Shown: positions 1 through 12,314, counted from the whole stretch's first letter. The stretch is 60,254 nt of DNA, filler included, from Asterionella formosa (GCA_002256025.1; 5 parts of 5 records of this genome joined end to end with filler, not necessarily neighbours in it); one strand, 5' to 3'. Notes: a model not told the origin generated them from the sequence alone. A program made the numbers and translations.

Positions 1-265
1 TATTGCATTCTTTGACGTCAACTTGAGAAACAAGTTGTACATAAAATTAATTAGCTCATATATTCAATACATACCACCACTTCTAGCGGTAGTTAGATAC
101 TTCACCAGGTACCTCCTACCAGCAGTTCGGATCTTATCATGAGTACCGGTACTCCGAGTACTGTGGTACTTATTACCGGTATACTGCTGATATGAAAACG
201 AAAAGAACTCAAACCAGAGGAATCGTTTCCAATCAGCCGTTATTGTATTATTCAGCGTGGATGTC

Positions 266-490
266 ATGACTCCTCCTATTCGAACCCTTCTCGCTTCTCA
301 CTTGGTTGTCTTTGCCGCTGGATGCGCTCTAGGAACAGCGTGGAACGCTGACGAGCTTATAATGTACCGGGAAGCCAACGAGGGTTGGTTGAGCAAGCTG
401 CGACGCAAGGGCAAGTGGGTGCTCGTCGGTATTGGTGGATTGACCACTGTTCTGTTAGTTGCGAGGGCTGCTGCTTCCAAAAAGGCTTAG
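266..490 (+). CDS. Small (74 aa) hypothetical membrane protein
   Basis: ATG at 266. Two hydrophobic segments (LLASHLVVFAAGCALG; WVLVGIGGLTTVLLVA) flank a basic linker. Coding-like composition; convergent with catalase. Confidence 0.55.
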   Translation: MTPPIRTLLASHLVVFAAGCALGTAWNADELIMYREANEGWLSKLRRKGKWVLVGIGGLTTVLLVARAAASKKA

Positions 491-588
491 ATGCACGCTG
501 AACCACAGTAATAACTGATAATAACTGAATTTATAACTTATGTTTGTTTCTGTTCTTGATTTAATCTCCTTCCAAATGACCCAAGCAA

Positions 589-2290
589 CTACAACTTCGA
601 CGCGAACCCATATGGACACCTTGCTGTCTGCTCTGGAACCATTCGAGGGGGCGATAATTCTGCAACTTTTTTGAGTTCACGACGTGGCCTTTCGTCAGCC
701 AAGATAACCTGTACTTTATCTCGAATCATGCGGCCGTACATGGCATCGACCGCCGAAAAGTTGGCGATAGCCCGTTCCCGAATGCAGGACTGCGCCTTGT
801 AAATATGTCCTGCAATATTATCAGTCAAGCGCTTTCTACCTCCATTGTCCAGAACATGAAGAAAGAATTCGCCGCATTGCGAAAAGTTGTCCTCGTCACC
901 AGTTTCGACTCGTTGAACGTCACCCGATAGTCGGTCTCCATTCCACGACCCATCCGAGGAAGGAACAGAGCCTTTGAAAGAGTTAGGAAAGTAGTTTGGT
1001 GCGCCATCTCCATTTGCGGATACTTGCATGGGACCGTCACGTTGATAATTGCGCACTTTGGCGTTCAATGGCATGTTGACAGGAATAGATTGGTAGTTGG
1101 TACCTAATCGGTGCCGCTGTGTATCAGGATAGGAAAACAGGCGAGCTTGCAACATTTTGTCAGGGCTGGGCTCAACCCCTGGAATCATGTGCGACGGTGA
1201 AAATGCCAACTGCTCGACCTCTGCGAAATAATTCTCTGCGTTCCTGTCCAAAACCATGCGACCAACTTCCTTTAGAGGGAAATCCTTGTGAGGCCAAATC
1301 TTTGTCAAATCAAAGGGGTTGAACTTGACATTCGCCGCTTCTTCAAAACTCATGACTTGTATGTATAGAGTCCAAGAAGGAAATTCTCCCTTTGCAATAG
1401 CGTTATAGAGGTCGCGAGTGGAATAGTCCGGGTCTTTGGAAGCAAGAATCCCAGCATCCTCAGTACTTAGATTGGAAATGCCTTGATCCGTCTTGAAATG
1501 ATACTTAACATACACTGGTTCACCTTTGGAGTTGATATTCTTGAACGTATGTGATCCATATCCATTCATGTGACGATATCCGTCTGGAATCCCTCTATCG
1601 GAGAACAGAAATGATACTTGATGCGTTGTCTCTGGTCGGAGTCCAATAAAGTCCCAAAACATGTCAGGATCGGCGAGGTGAGTGGCAGGATTTCGTTTCT
1701 GTGTATGAATAAAGCTTGGAAACAAGATAGGGTCTCGCAGGAAGAATATTGGGGTGTTGTTTCCAACAAGATCCCAGTTCCCCTCCTCTGTATAGAACTT
1801 GACAGCAAAGCCACGAGGGTCACGAGCAGTATCAGCCGACCCACTCTCGCCTCCGACTGTTGAGAAACGAACAGCAACCCGCGTGCGTTTCCCAACTGCA
1901 TCAAACATTTTGGCTTTGCAGATGGACTTGATGAATGGCTTCGTCACTTCAAAGTATCCGAAACCAGCGGCCCCTTTCGCATGAACCACGCGTTCAGGAA
2001 TGCGCTCGCGATCGAATCTAGCCAAGTGGTCGATTAGCGTAAAATCCTGAAGCAAAATAGGCCCGCTTCGAGCAACCATTTTCTCCCGCAAGTGAGAACA
2101 TGTGGTTCAGTAGAATCATCAAAGATGCAATAGGAAAGCTACCTTCTTACCGTGCGCCTGCAGTCATGGATGCTGTCAATGAATCCACCGGATTGCCATT
2201 GCTAGTTGTCAAGGTAGAATGGCCGCCGGAAGTCTGTGAGGCATAGCTCTCAAGCTGGTTCGTGGCTGGTTCTCGACCCGTCATTGTCAT
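589..2290 (-). CDS. CAT: Monofunctional heme catalase with peroxisomal PTS1
   Basis: Exons 2290-2151 and 2065-589; intron 2150-2066 (GTAAG..AG). Motifs [41 protein letters not shown] and the proximal heme motif [10 protein letters not shown]-terminus -ASKL. Confidence 0.97.
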
Positions 2291-2743
2291 GAGGCTGCTT
2301 GTCGGCTTGCTTGGCTCTCTGCTTGCCAGGCACTCTCTGGTTGATGGTTGGTCTGCAAGCACACTTGTGCGTGATGTTCAGGTTGCTTCTCGTTTTGGAT
2401 CAATCCTATGAAGAATACCGGTAGTATAGTACCGGTATATTATCTCAACAATACACATGCAGTACCTGATGGTACCTGGTATTACGGGTACTGCTCAAGA
2501 CCATCCCGTTTTTGGACTAAAATTAGAACTATGTTCAGCTGACCCCGATTAAAACCCTTTGAGAACCGGTAGATGTCAACTAATGCATGCAAGCTCTACC
2601 GTATAATTCAGTGTCATGGACCTCGCAATGTTCACTGCCTTGACTGAATTTGACTGATTTTACTTCAAGAGGGTCCAAGAATGTGGTGAGCTTGAGTAAA
2701 TTTTATTAGTTCTACAGGATGACACGCTATTTAAAAAAATAAA

Positions 2744-3072
2744 AAAGCATATGATCCCAACATCCAATGTGGCCCACACAATGCAAAATTGGCATGAATT
2801 TTGCAAGTGGAACAAGCTTTTGTATATTGATATGTTGGAGACTTGTCTGATAGATCTGGATGGTCCAAGACTGATCCATCTGAGAGTTGATATGAGTTGG
2901 AAATTGCTTTTGTTGACTTTTTCATCATCCCACTAGCGAAAAATTGGAGGAGGAAAGCGGAGTTGTTGGACTATTGTCTGGTAAATATCTTAATTATGCG
3001 CTGCAGAATCGAATGGAAGAATGGGAACACAAGGGAAGGGAATTAGCAAAGGAAATGGTTGCAAAGTTGAAA
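2744..3072 (+). pseudogene. Decayed fragment of a class I 3',5'-cyclic nucleotide phosphodiesterase C-terminus
   Basis: Across shifting frames reads TSNVAHTMQNWHEFCKWNKLL ... DPSES*YELEIAFVDFFIIPLAK ... YLNYALQNRMEEWEHKGRELAKEMV. This matches my recollection of the diatom PDE C-terminal consensus (ASDVAHTMQHW..KWNERL; GFFDFYIIPLAKKL; YLNYA..NR.EWE). Frameshifts and a stop are present. Confidence 0.8.
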
Positions 3073-4850
3073 CATCATTGGCGATTGCTCATTTTAAAGC
3101 TGCAGCTGATTTCATTGGCCAGATCACAAGTACCCTTGCAATGCACCAACTGAAATGTGTATAAATGCCATTATTCATAGAATTCTTTACATCAACTATG
3201 GCATATTCACTACAAGCCTTGTTCTTCTAAATCGTTGATGAACTGAGGATAAAAGCTATTGTAGCGCAATGGGGCAGCTTTGATAGGTACTGAAAACACT
3301 CTTAAGTAACTTTTATACTCATCCAAATCACGAAGACGATTTCAATTCTATTTTACTCTAGTATTCCGCTCTGTATCTCTAACGTACTTTTCAACATCGA
3401 ACCTCTGAGCTTCCACGCGTTGCAGGAAGTCCCTCTTCTGTGAATTTTTGACAACAATTGATTGATTAGCATAGCTGTGATGGTAATCTCCTGAGCACAG
3501 TACAACATCTTTTCATTGCTATGGCACAAACTAGCGTGCGTTTTTAAACTGGAATTGCGCACAGAATCGCGCCATGATAATTATCCAACTGAAGAAAAGC
3601 GTTAGCGCAAAGCTACATTTATTTTGAGTAAAATATTTTATTCAGTATTTAATTTAAAGATTAAATGTCGGCCCAGCTCAATGAGGTAATTTTATTTGCT
3701 TCCGATGTGCCTCTCTCAACCACGTTTTCGGACTCGATTATCTCATCAGCTGGAACACAACATCGATCGGGCGTTATGACATCATATATGTATATGCGTA
3801 AAACAAATGACTTCTTCATAGCAAATATTGTCGTATCTCCATAACTGAAAAAGTTTGTAGTACAAAATGTAAGATTACCCCGCCCGTTATAGTGGTCTTA
3901 AGCAGTTGTTGACTGGTACTTTGTTTTCTCACGCATAAATTCCTGGTCTACAATCCAATTAGCTACTGGTAAAATCGTTATAGCAAGCAAGGCGCCAATA
4001 GACTGGCTGGGAGCTATCTGATAATAAAAAATTATTATATCATGCGTAATATGACACAAATCGTCGTAGCCATGAATATCCCATAATTTGTGTTACTCAC
4101 ACACACATTTTTACGGTTATAAATAAAAGTGCATTATATAAGAAGATGTAAAAAGGATAGTATGTTTTATAGCCCATTTGTACTACCCTAGTATTTTTAG
4201 GCAAGTCTTCGATTGTGCTACCTGCTAACAAGACCTGTGCTTCCCTATTTTTGTTAGCGTAATTGAGTCCCCAGCCACTTTTACAAAAGGTGATTGTCTT
4301 AGCCGCAGCATTAGAAGAAAATCGAACCGCCTAGTAGGAAGGCGACACAAGCTGCTTGAAGGGGAGCAACCCACGTTTTTTCGCAGACCAGGCAAGACAG
4401 TGCAGGATTGTAAGGAGTATGGGAATCGAGCCCAACAATTGCATCTTAAAAAATTGCGGGAATCGAACCACACAACTTCAGATCACATTTCCTTATATAA
4501 GAAGATGCTTAGGCATGAATGACTACATAAAATTTCCCAGAATATTTCAAGACTTGCTTGCTCATACTTGAAATGACTGCTCTTGCCAAAATAGGTATGC
4601 ACATCGTTACATATCAATCAACCTCCTCAATACATTGATTGTCATCACTCTTAGATTTTGACGATATCTTCATCTTCTTGTTCCAGTCAAAGGAGACCAG
4701 TCATGTGGGCTTCCCTTCCTCTCCAAGGCTGCTTGAAAAAATTTAACTTCACTTCTATTAAGCACTTTAAAACTACTCATTTGCTAGAAGGGTAGACCAA
4801 GTAGCACTTCCTGGCACCGCCAGCCCATGTAATCTAAAATATCTCGATTA

Positions 4851-5089
4851 GGGGAATGGCTTGGTGGTTAGCACACCCACTGTGGTGGCAGGTTCGATTC
4901 CTGCATTCTCCACCTGTCTTTTTCATTTAGTCCCTAGGGTTTTGGGGGGTGCGGCTGACGAAAAGGCAGGTCACATTGTACCATACAGACAAAATAAAAC
5001 CGGTAATAATTGTGTCCATCTATTTGGTGGGCCCAAGTGCAATTATTGGATAGCTTTAATGTACTATAAAATTTCATTGACATTTTTTA
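4851..5089 (+). mobile_element. tRNA(Ala)-derived SINE-like element, copy 1
   Basis: Head GGGGAAT..A-box-like TGGCTTGGTGG..B-box GGTTCGATTCC..ATTCTCCA at 4851-4912. Flanked by a 20-bp direct repeat, 19/20 identical (4831-4850 and 5090-5109). Homologous to the copy at 36738. Confidence 0.8.
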
Positions 5090-5230
5090 AATCTCAAATA
5101 TCTCGATTATCAAATGTAGCCATCATTATGTAATCAATAAGTCACTGTTGTTTCCAGGCAAGCTATTGGGAAGCTCAGCATTTTCATTCTGAATTGCAGT
5201 GAGGATGCCTTTCTAAATATTATTGATTCC

Positions 5231-7327
5231 CTACAGTTTACTCTGTGGAGCCGGAAGATTGGCATACATCTTGGCGATTTGATGTTCATACTTTTTTCTC
5301 AGCTTATCCCGTTTGAGCTTAAAAGTGGGAGTGACTAAATCATTTTCAGCAGTGAACAAGTTTGAATCTAGGTAGACAGCCTTGGGAGTCTCAAAACCAT
5401 GTAGGCCATGATCACTCGATAGTCGCTTGATTTCAGACATAATAGCTGCATTCAATTCGAAAGACTGACACAGGACCTCAAAAGGCTGCTTTGCCAGCGA
5501 TGGAAGTTGCTTTGATGCCCAAGCTTTCACTGGCTCCTCGTCAGGAACTATAATAGCAACCAAGGCACTCTGAAAAGAGTCGCCATTCACAAAACATTGT
5601 CCAATCAACATTGATTCCATGAAAATATTCTCGATCTTTTCTGGTGCAACATACTCTCCTTGCGACAGCTTGAAGATATTCTTCTTGCGATCTACAATCT
5701 TCAACTGACCTTGCATTGTCCACAATCCAATATCACCACTTCGTAACCATCCCTCTTCATTGATCATTTCCTTCGTCTGCTCCTCATCCTTGTAGTATCC
5801 CTTGAATACATTGGGTCCACGAATCCAGATCTCACCACGGCCCTGACAGGGTCTGCCATCATGTTGTTTATCAGTGTGAAGATATCCCATTTCTGGGACA
5901 TCCACAAGTACAACTTCGGTCGCTCCAGTTGGCCCCCCGACATGACCCACTGTCGAAATATCGTATGGATGGCCAATCGTGGCAGCAGCCGCTCCTTCTG
6001 TTTGACCATACCCTTCGATAACCGTCACACCAAGCATGCAGCGGAAGAAAATCATGACTGATTCACTTAACGGTGCAGATCCACTGACCATGAATCGGAG
6101 ACAGTCCAAACCCAAAGCCTTTTTGATCTTGTTGAAAATAAGACGGTCATACAGAGTATGCTTCAAGTGCCCATTGGCCAGACCTTTTGTCTTGGCAGCA
6201 ATGCCGGCATCAAAAATCTTTTTCTTCATCCCCCCAGCAGCGACGATCCCTGCCAGAATCTTATCATGAATCTTGTTCAAGACACGAGGAGCTGCAGGCA
6301 GTAGGGTAGGTCGACAAGCTTGCATGTCTTCGATCAAAAATATTGGATCCCCACGGTAAAAAGCGATGGAAGCACCAGTAATTAAAATTTGTTCTGCAAC
6401 TATTCGTTCAAATATATGCGCCAAGGGAAGATATGATAAATGCCGATCAAAGGCTTCTGGTCTAAAGGTGGTTTGCATCCCAGCGATAGCCGAAATGAAA
6501 TTCTCGTGAGTTAGCAACGCCCCCTTTGGGTTTCCCGTCGTTCCAGATGTGTAGCAAAACGTCGCGACATCCTTGGCGTTGGGAGGATTGTGTTCATGTC
6601 CCCTAGTGGCAATTCTCTGTGCTCCAATGGCTTCGACCTTGGCAAATGAAATGACGTCAACGCCTGCGTCCTTGGCAATTTGTGCGGCTTCTGGAATTAC
6701 GCCATCAACTAGAATGGCGTATTGAAAGTTAGGGCAGTCACCAGATGACTTGGCCTGACAGACTATAGGTAGTTCCGCGCGACTACAAACCACTGACTTG
6801 GAACCAGTCTGCGCGAGGACAAAACGGACAACATCAGGACCCAACGTGTCGTACATTGGAGCTGTTGCTCCACCCAAACAGAAGGTGGCATGCTCTGCTA
6901 ATATCCATTCCATGCAATTTTTCATGTACAGACAGAGCTGAAGATATGGTTAGTTTTGCAAGGAGTATCTGGGGTTGCTGTGGACATGAACACTTACCAC
7001 CGTCATCCCCTCGTCATTCTTTTCCAGTAAATTCAAAGTGTCCAAACCTGCCGCAAAGGCATCCACTCTCGCCAAGCATTCCGAATAAGAGGAATAAATG
7101 TATGGCGTAGGAAAACCGGTGGTACTAATAGCCCTAAACCCCAAACAAGGCCCCAATGGATTGATACTGGCGCCTTGACGAATGCCTTCGTACAGTGTGC
7201 GGCATCCGTCGACTCCCAATTCGGGATGCAAGGATGGATCAAAGGCGCGTCTAATGTTGCCTCGGTCGGCTCGGGATGTTTGTGGCACTTCGTACGACCA
7301 GAGGTCGATGTGTTTGGTCGTCGTCAT
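5231..7327 (-). CDS. LACS: Long-chain acyl-CoA synthetase with peroxisomal PTS1
   Basis: Exons 7327-6998 and 6937-5231; intron 6997-6938 (GTAAG..CTAAC..CAG). AMP-binding motifs YTSGTTGNPKG and EGYGQTE; FACS signature GWLRSGDIG..LKIVDRKKNIFKLSQGEYVAPEKIE. C-terminus -QSKL. Confidence 0.96.
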
Positions 7328-9278
7328 GGTAGTACCTAGTACCTGGAACGCTGTAGTCGGCGTGGGAGATGATTTTATGTATTTATCATTTGAGGAAGCA
7401 GAAAACGAAACTCCATAGTAGGCATGTACGGGAAGTGCGTACAAGCATCAGTCAAGGTGATCTAAAAAGGGGAACCTGCGGGATGTGGGCGGAAGTTGCG
7501 GCAAAAGGCGGTTCTCACTACATCCAAGGAAAACGACGCAGCTACATCAACTTGCTCTGGAACTAGTACCAGGTACCTGGTACCTGGTACTCTCTGCAGC
7601 TTGCTGTTTGTATGCATACTAGTGATGAGGCGACAGAATTTCTGTGAAACCCATTCCTCAGCACCCTAGAACTCCCTATTCCAGAGAAGTATTCTCATCG
7701 GAGGAGTGCTGCTACGGTCACCAGGATGAGCTGCATGTCAAATAATAAATTTGTTTTATTCCATGGGATACATCATGTTACTGAGTTTTTTACACTTTTG
7801 TAGCTCGCACATGCAACCTTCGCCATAGTCAAATGTTTGTATTTTCCAGGTTGTTTTAGTCTCCTATTTTTCCCATAGTAGCTAGGTAAAACTTCTTCTT
7901 TGAGTTTCACCGAAATTCTCAGTTGAGCCACTCAACAAATGCCTATAAGCACTTTGTGTTACTCCTTTCTTATTTTGGAAAAATTGGCCATTAAGATACT
8001 AGTACCCCTCAAGCACAATATAGCGCGAGAAAACCACCAGCAAGCAATGTTAAATCAACCAGCTGATCAACAATGGTGGTGCTTTTGGTTGCGTTCTTGG
8101 TGAACTAATGAACCGGTAAAATGATAACAAACTATAGAAATGAATGATTCGATACTATTTTATGTTTTGAGGCACTTTGTTTTTGATGGATCTGTAGGCC
8201 ATTTGCTAGGCGACTTGCATGCAATGGCATTTCCAAAAATTGATCTCACAGCAATCCATCTACGAATAGCAATTTGCCACACCTCCATCACTACATCTGT
8301 CAATTGAACTAGCCGTTTGTCTGATTGCCGATGTCCGCCTTGCAGGATGTTTCTTAGACTTTTAATACGCCAGTTTTCTTGCAAGTCAACCCATTCCTCA
8401 TATTATCGTTATACTACTAGCTGAAAGAAGAGGTACAGAAATGGAAAACTGGAGTGAGATTCTGGTGAAAAAATGTGCTTCAATATCCGGTCTGCTGGTT
8501 GTCACTTACTGCTGTTAGGAGATGTCAATGTTTGTTTGCAACATCATGAGGGACTACAGGTACAATTCATTCACCTGCCTCCAAGCGGCTGCCTGAACCC
8601 AACAATCAACCAGTCTGATGCTGTGAGACATCAAACAATACAAACGAGATGACAAGCAAGGTAGAAATGGACAACCATGACGATTATTCAGGTGATGTGA
8701 TTTATGATGCGTGTTCTTGCATTGTTCCCAGTGCATATTTACTGACTAGCTTTACCGTGTTGTTCTCAGAGAAATAACTAAGTCTATGACGGTTTCTAAG
8801 TAAGAATATATGAGTGATGAATCTCCAAATCTTGAAATCGCTGTGATCTGTGATTTTCGACTTGTTCATCTGTTGGCGAATATGAAGAAAGCTTAAGCCT
8901 GGAATGCTGCCAAGATTCACTGAGAGATGAAGAAGTTGGAATCAAAACAACAGTGATCAACCCCTAATTTCGCATCAGGTTGACTGGCATCAAGAAACAA
9001 TATTAATTTTGCTAAGAAAACAAAAGACTGATTAGGATTCTTTTTACAATGGCTTTCAATTGCCCATTTTATCAACAAACATTTGAAGCAGAAAAGGTTG
9101 CATGTGCATAGCAATTACACTACTGGTTGCAGCATACCAGGTTACGAACCTGCTCAACAGCAAGCATCAGCCAGCATGACTTAAATATTTTTTCTATGAT
9201 AGCTACCTACGATAGTAGCGAGCTCCAGTGGTGCTGCGCTGGCGGAACAAGTATGATACGCACTGGTACCGGTACCTG

Positions 9279-9365
9279 CAAGTTGAGGTCATTTTGCTTA
9301 AATAGACAATTTGATCTGGGATAAAGATAGCTAAATCTTTAGTTGAGCAAAATTACCGCAACTTG
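9279..9365. mobile_element. Very short (87 bp) MITE-like element
   Basis: Terminal inverted repeats CAAGTTGAGGTCATTTTGCTTAA / TTGAGCAAAATTACCGCAACTTG match at about 20/23. The right half recurs at about 31176-31233. Confidence 0.55.
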
Positions 9366-9606
9366 ATGGTACAACTACCGGTACCAGGTACCCTGGTACC
9401 TACTACATATGATCTGATCAACTGAAAAACTATGTACGTACCGGTATGATATAGGTGTATATACCGGTAAAACCCATGCTGTAGCTTACCAGCTACAACT
9501 CACTCAGTGTATGTGATAGCATCCGCATTTAAAATCACTTGGCCATTGCTTCTCTTAATCATCACCTCCTTGCGACTTACTTTCCATTCACGTATCTCTC
9601 ATTAAC

Positions 9607-10501
9607 ATGGACGCTGACGAGGGAGTGGTCAACTTGGTACGTTGTAATCTATGAACGAGAGTTCTGACTCCGTAGTCGTACGAATTCTTCGTCAGGTGGG
9701 TAGTTCTGTAAACTGCCGTTGCGTCCTTTGGAACAAACACTCCATGGTCAATCTGTGTCTGTACCTGATTTTGTTAGGTACTGTTGCAATCAAACATTCG
9801 AGTCTGATACGAACGCTTAGTTAGCGCTGTTCTATTCAAGGAAGCGCATAATGTCTGATTTTTAAGTATATCTGATTTTTTGCATCACTCATGTTCATTT
9901 CAAATTCGACGATCGAACAGATTTCCAAAGAGGGAGAATCACACCCGGTCAAGATTGAAGTAGCAAAAATGTCCAAGCTCGTTGAAGCCACTATTGACGA
10001 CGAAGGGGATGAAGAAACGCATGACGTTCCCTTACCCAATGTCAAGTCGTCCGTCCTTGCCAAGGTCATTGAGTACTGCGAACACTACAAAACGGAAGAA
10101 ATGACCACCATTACGACACCACTCAAGTCGAGCAAGATTGAAGACCTGGTGCAACCTTGGTATGCGGAGTTTGTCCGAATCGATCAAGTCATGCTCTTTG
10201 AGCTAGTTACGGCTGCCAATTTTATGGATATCAAGCCATTGTTGGACTTGACTTGTTTGGCTGTTTCGGTGATGATCAAGGTACGAATATTGGTACAGGG
10301 AAGTTCATGTCTTGAGCGATTGACAGATAGTCTGTTTCGAATGTAGATCCAATGGAACATTTGCTCACGTCATTGAAACCACAGGGGAAATCTGCCGAAG
10401 AGCTTCGCCGGATATTTAACATCAGCAATGAATTTAGCCCAGAGGAAGAAGCCCAGGTTCGAGAGGAGAACAAGTGGTATGAGCAGCCAAACAATGCATA
10501 G
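9607..10501 (+). CDS. SKP1: S-phase kinase-associated protein 1 (SCF adaptor)
   Basis: Exons 9607-9636, 9921-10280 and 10385-10501 with GT-AG introns. Motifs [42 protein letters not shown] and [33 protein letters not shown]. Confidence 0.97.
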
Positions 10502-10829
10502 GCAACATATTCGATAAGAGGTGTCTGTAAAGGTGCATGTATTCCCTATGATTACCGGTATTTTGGGTAGGCCAGGATATCACCGCCAGACCAATCGCCA
10601 TGTATCGACGTTTCGTGTTGCATATGCGACCTTTGAGATGTTCAAACTGACGGAGATTCTTTTCACTGCGCCTGTTCTGTTAGGTTAGCTAGATAGATTA
10701 GATTATGAACATTATCTACCAGTTGATGATTTGAAGAATCATGGCTACATTGAATGCGGGGATCGAAGGGACGTAGCCGCCAGTAATATTGGATTGGAAT
10801 TGATTTTGATTATCATTCCACGCGCCATG

Positions 10830-11742
10830 CTACTCCGTTCGGCGCTTCTTGACATCTTGCTCTTGCCGTTCTTCGACGCTGGGAGTGACAGCTCGACTTT
10901 GCTTGGAATTTCGAGCATTTTCATCGCAGACATGAACCTTGCGACTGCCGAAGGTCTTCCACTCAAGATGAGCGGCTGTAGCTGATGCGCCCGCCACAAA
11001 TAGCTTCAGCTCCATCTCTGTCAATCGTTTGGTATACGCAGTTACATCGTCTCCAACACTGCTCATACTCCAGTCCAATGTCTTTCTCAGGCGCTCGCCA
11101 GTGTACGTCTGCCATTTATTCACACTCATGGGTTAGAATTACACAATCTAGGATGCAGTTTGGCAAGAATACAATGCACATGTAGCCAAATCACTCACCA
11201 TCAAAAGAGTTCGCCGCAACTCAGCAGCCTCTAGTTCCAGCTGCTGCACAGCGGCTGTAGTTCTCCTCTGATTTCTTCGTCCAGGAGTACTTTCAGAATT
11301 GGCCGCAGTCGATTTGGCGTAGTTCTCAATCAAATCGACAACCATTCGTCCCGACATGAAGTAGTGCTGGTTTCGTTTCCTACAGGGATTATCGAAAGCC
11401 AGGAGTGAGCTTCTGTGTACCTTTATCCGTGACAAAATTAACACATGTGCAAGGAACGACACAAAATGTCGGAACGTACCTCAAATCAGCATCACCTGGA
11501 TCAGCTTCGAGCCGTTCTCGTGCCTTGCGCCCAAAAATGCGCGGTATGCTGATTTTGACCATGCCAAGTGAGGACCACTTCTTCACAGCCCAGAGGGGCA
11601 TCTTGATAGCACTTTCATCTGGGAGATATTGCTTCTTATTGTCTGGATCCAAGTGCGGAAGATGATGAAAGTCAAAATTATTGATGCATGGAATAAGTTC
11701 CTCTTCTGCCAGAATGGCGTCAATGTCGTAATAGCTCGTCAT
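10830..11742 (-). CDS. GINS3: DNA replication complex GINS subunit Psf3
   Basis: Exons 11742-11480, 11379-11199 and 11108-10830 join in frame through GT-AG introns. N-terminal YYDIDAILAEEELIPC plus KMPLW, LEADP..ADLR..HYF and RLTEMELKLF are typical of Psf3. Confidence 0.9.
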
Positions 11743-12005
11743 TACGGACGACTGTTTTCAAGGCTAAAAGAGCTGCTCACGCTATTCGAAGGGAAGAAAC
11801 CGGCAACAACAGCAGGAATCAACTCTGGTTGTTTGGCTGTTTGAGATGCCTTTGGGCCGTGAGTTCAACGCAGTGAGCGTCAATTACATAAAACATGTGA
11901 TAACAATGGTGCATATTACTACATGCAAAGGATGGGAGAAAGAAATTCAAATCTCAAAACTTTTGGCCCAAGAACCCAACAAAACCTGAATATGATAAAA
12001 ATTAC

Positions 12006-12105
12006 NNNNNNNNNNNNNNNNNNNNNNNNNNNNNNNNNNNNNNNNNNNNTTAATTAATTAANNNNNNNNNNNNNNNNNNNNNNNNNNNNNNNNNNNNNNN
12101 NNNNN
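12006..12105. other. Assembly spacer (100 nt of N with a TTAATTAATTAA core); also at about 24097-24196, 36158-36257 and 48209-48308
   Basis: The same all-frame-stop 12-mer sits inside fixed-length N runs four times. This is an artificial contig joint. Confidence 0.95.
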
Positions 12106-12314
12106 AACTAAACTAATTATTTAGAACATTCAATTGGTGTAAGTCATAACCGCAAGGGTTTTGGTAGCAAATTGTTTAAGCACCTTTTTTGAGCGGGAGC
12201 TCTTCATGTGAACCGGTACATCATATGACAATAACAATATATCATATATATATATACAGAGTACCAGTAGCAGGTAGTAAGTGATATACTGGGGGTAGTC
12301 GGAGTAGTAAACTA

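Noticed and set aside
825..1984. Short overlapping or antisense ORFs inside catalase and other long genes
   Set aside because: Expected shadow ORFs of real coding sequence, with no independent evidence.
4851..4912. Functional tRNA gene (also 36738-36800)
   Set aside because: Only 62-63 nt with no 7-nt anticodon loop. It continues into a shared body with flanking direct repeats, so it is called SINE-like instead.
12050..12061. TTAATTAATTAA palindrome recurring four times
   Set aside because: Always centred in 100-nt N spacers, so it is an artificial six-frame-stop scaffold linker, not biology.
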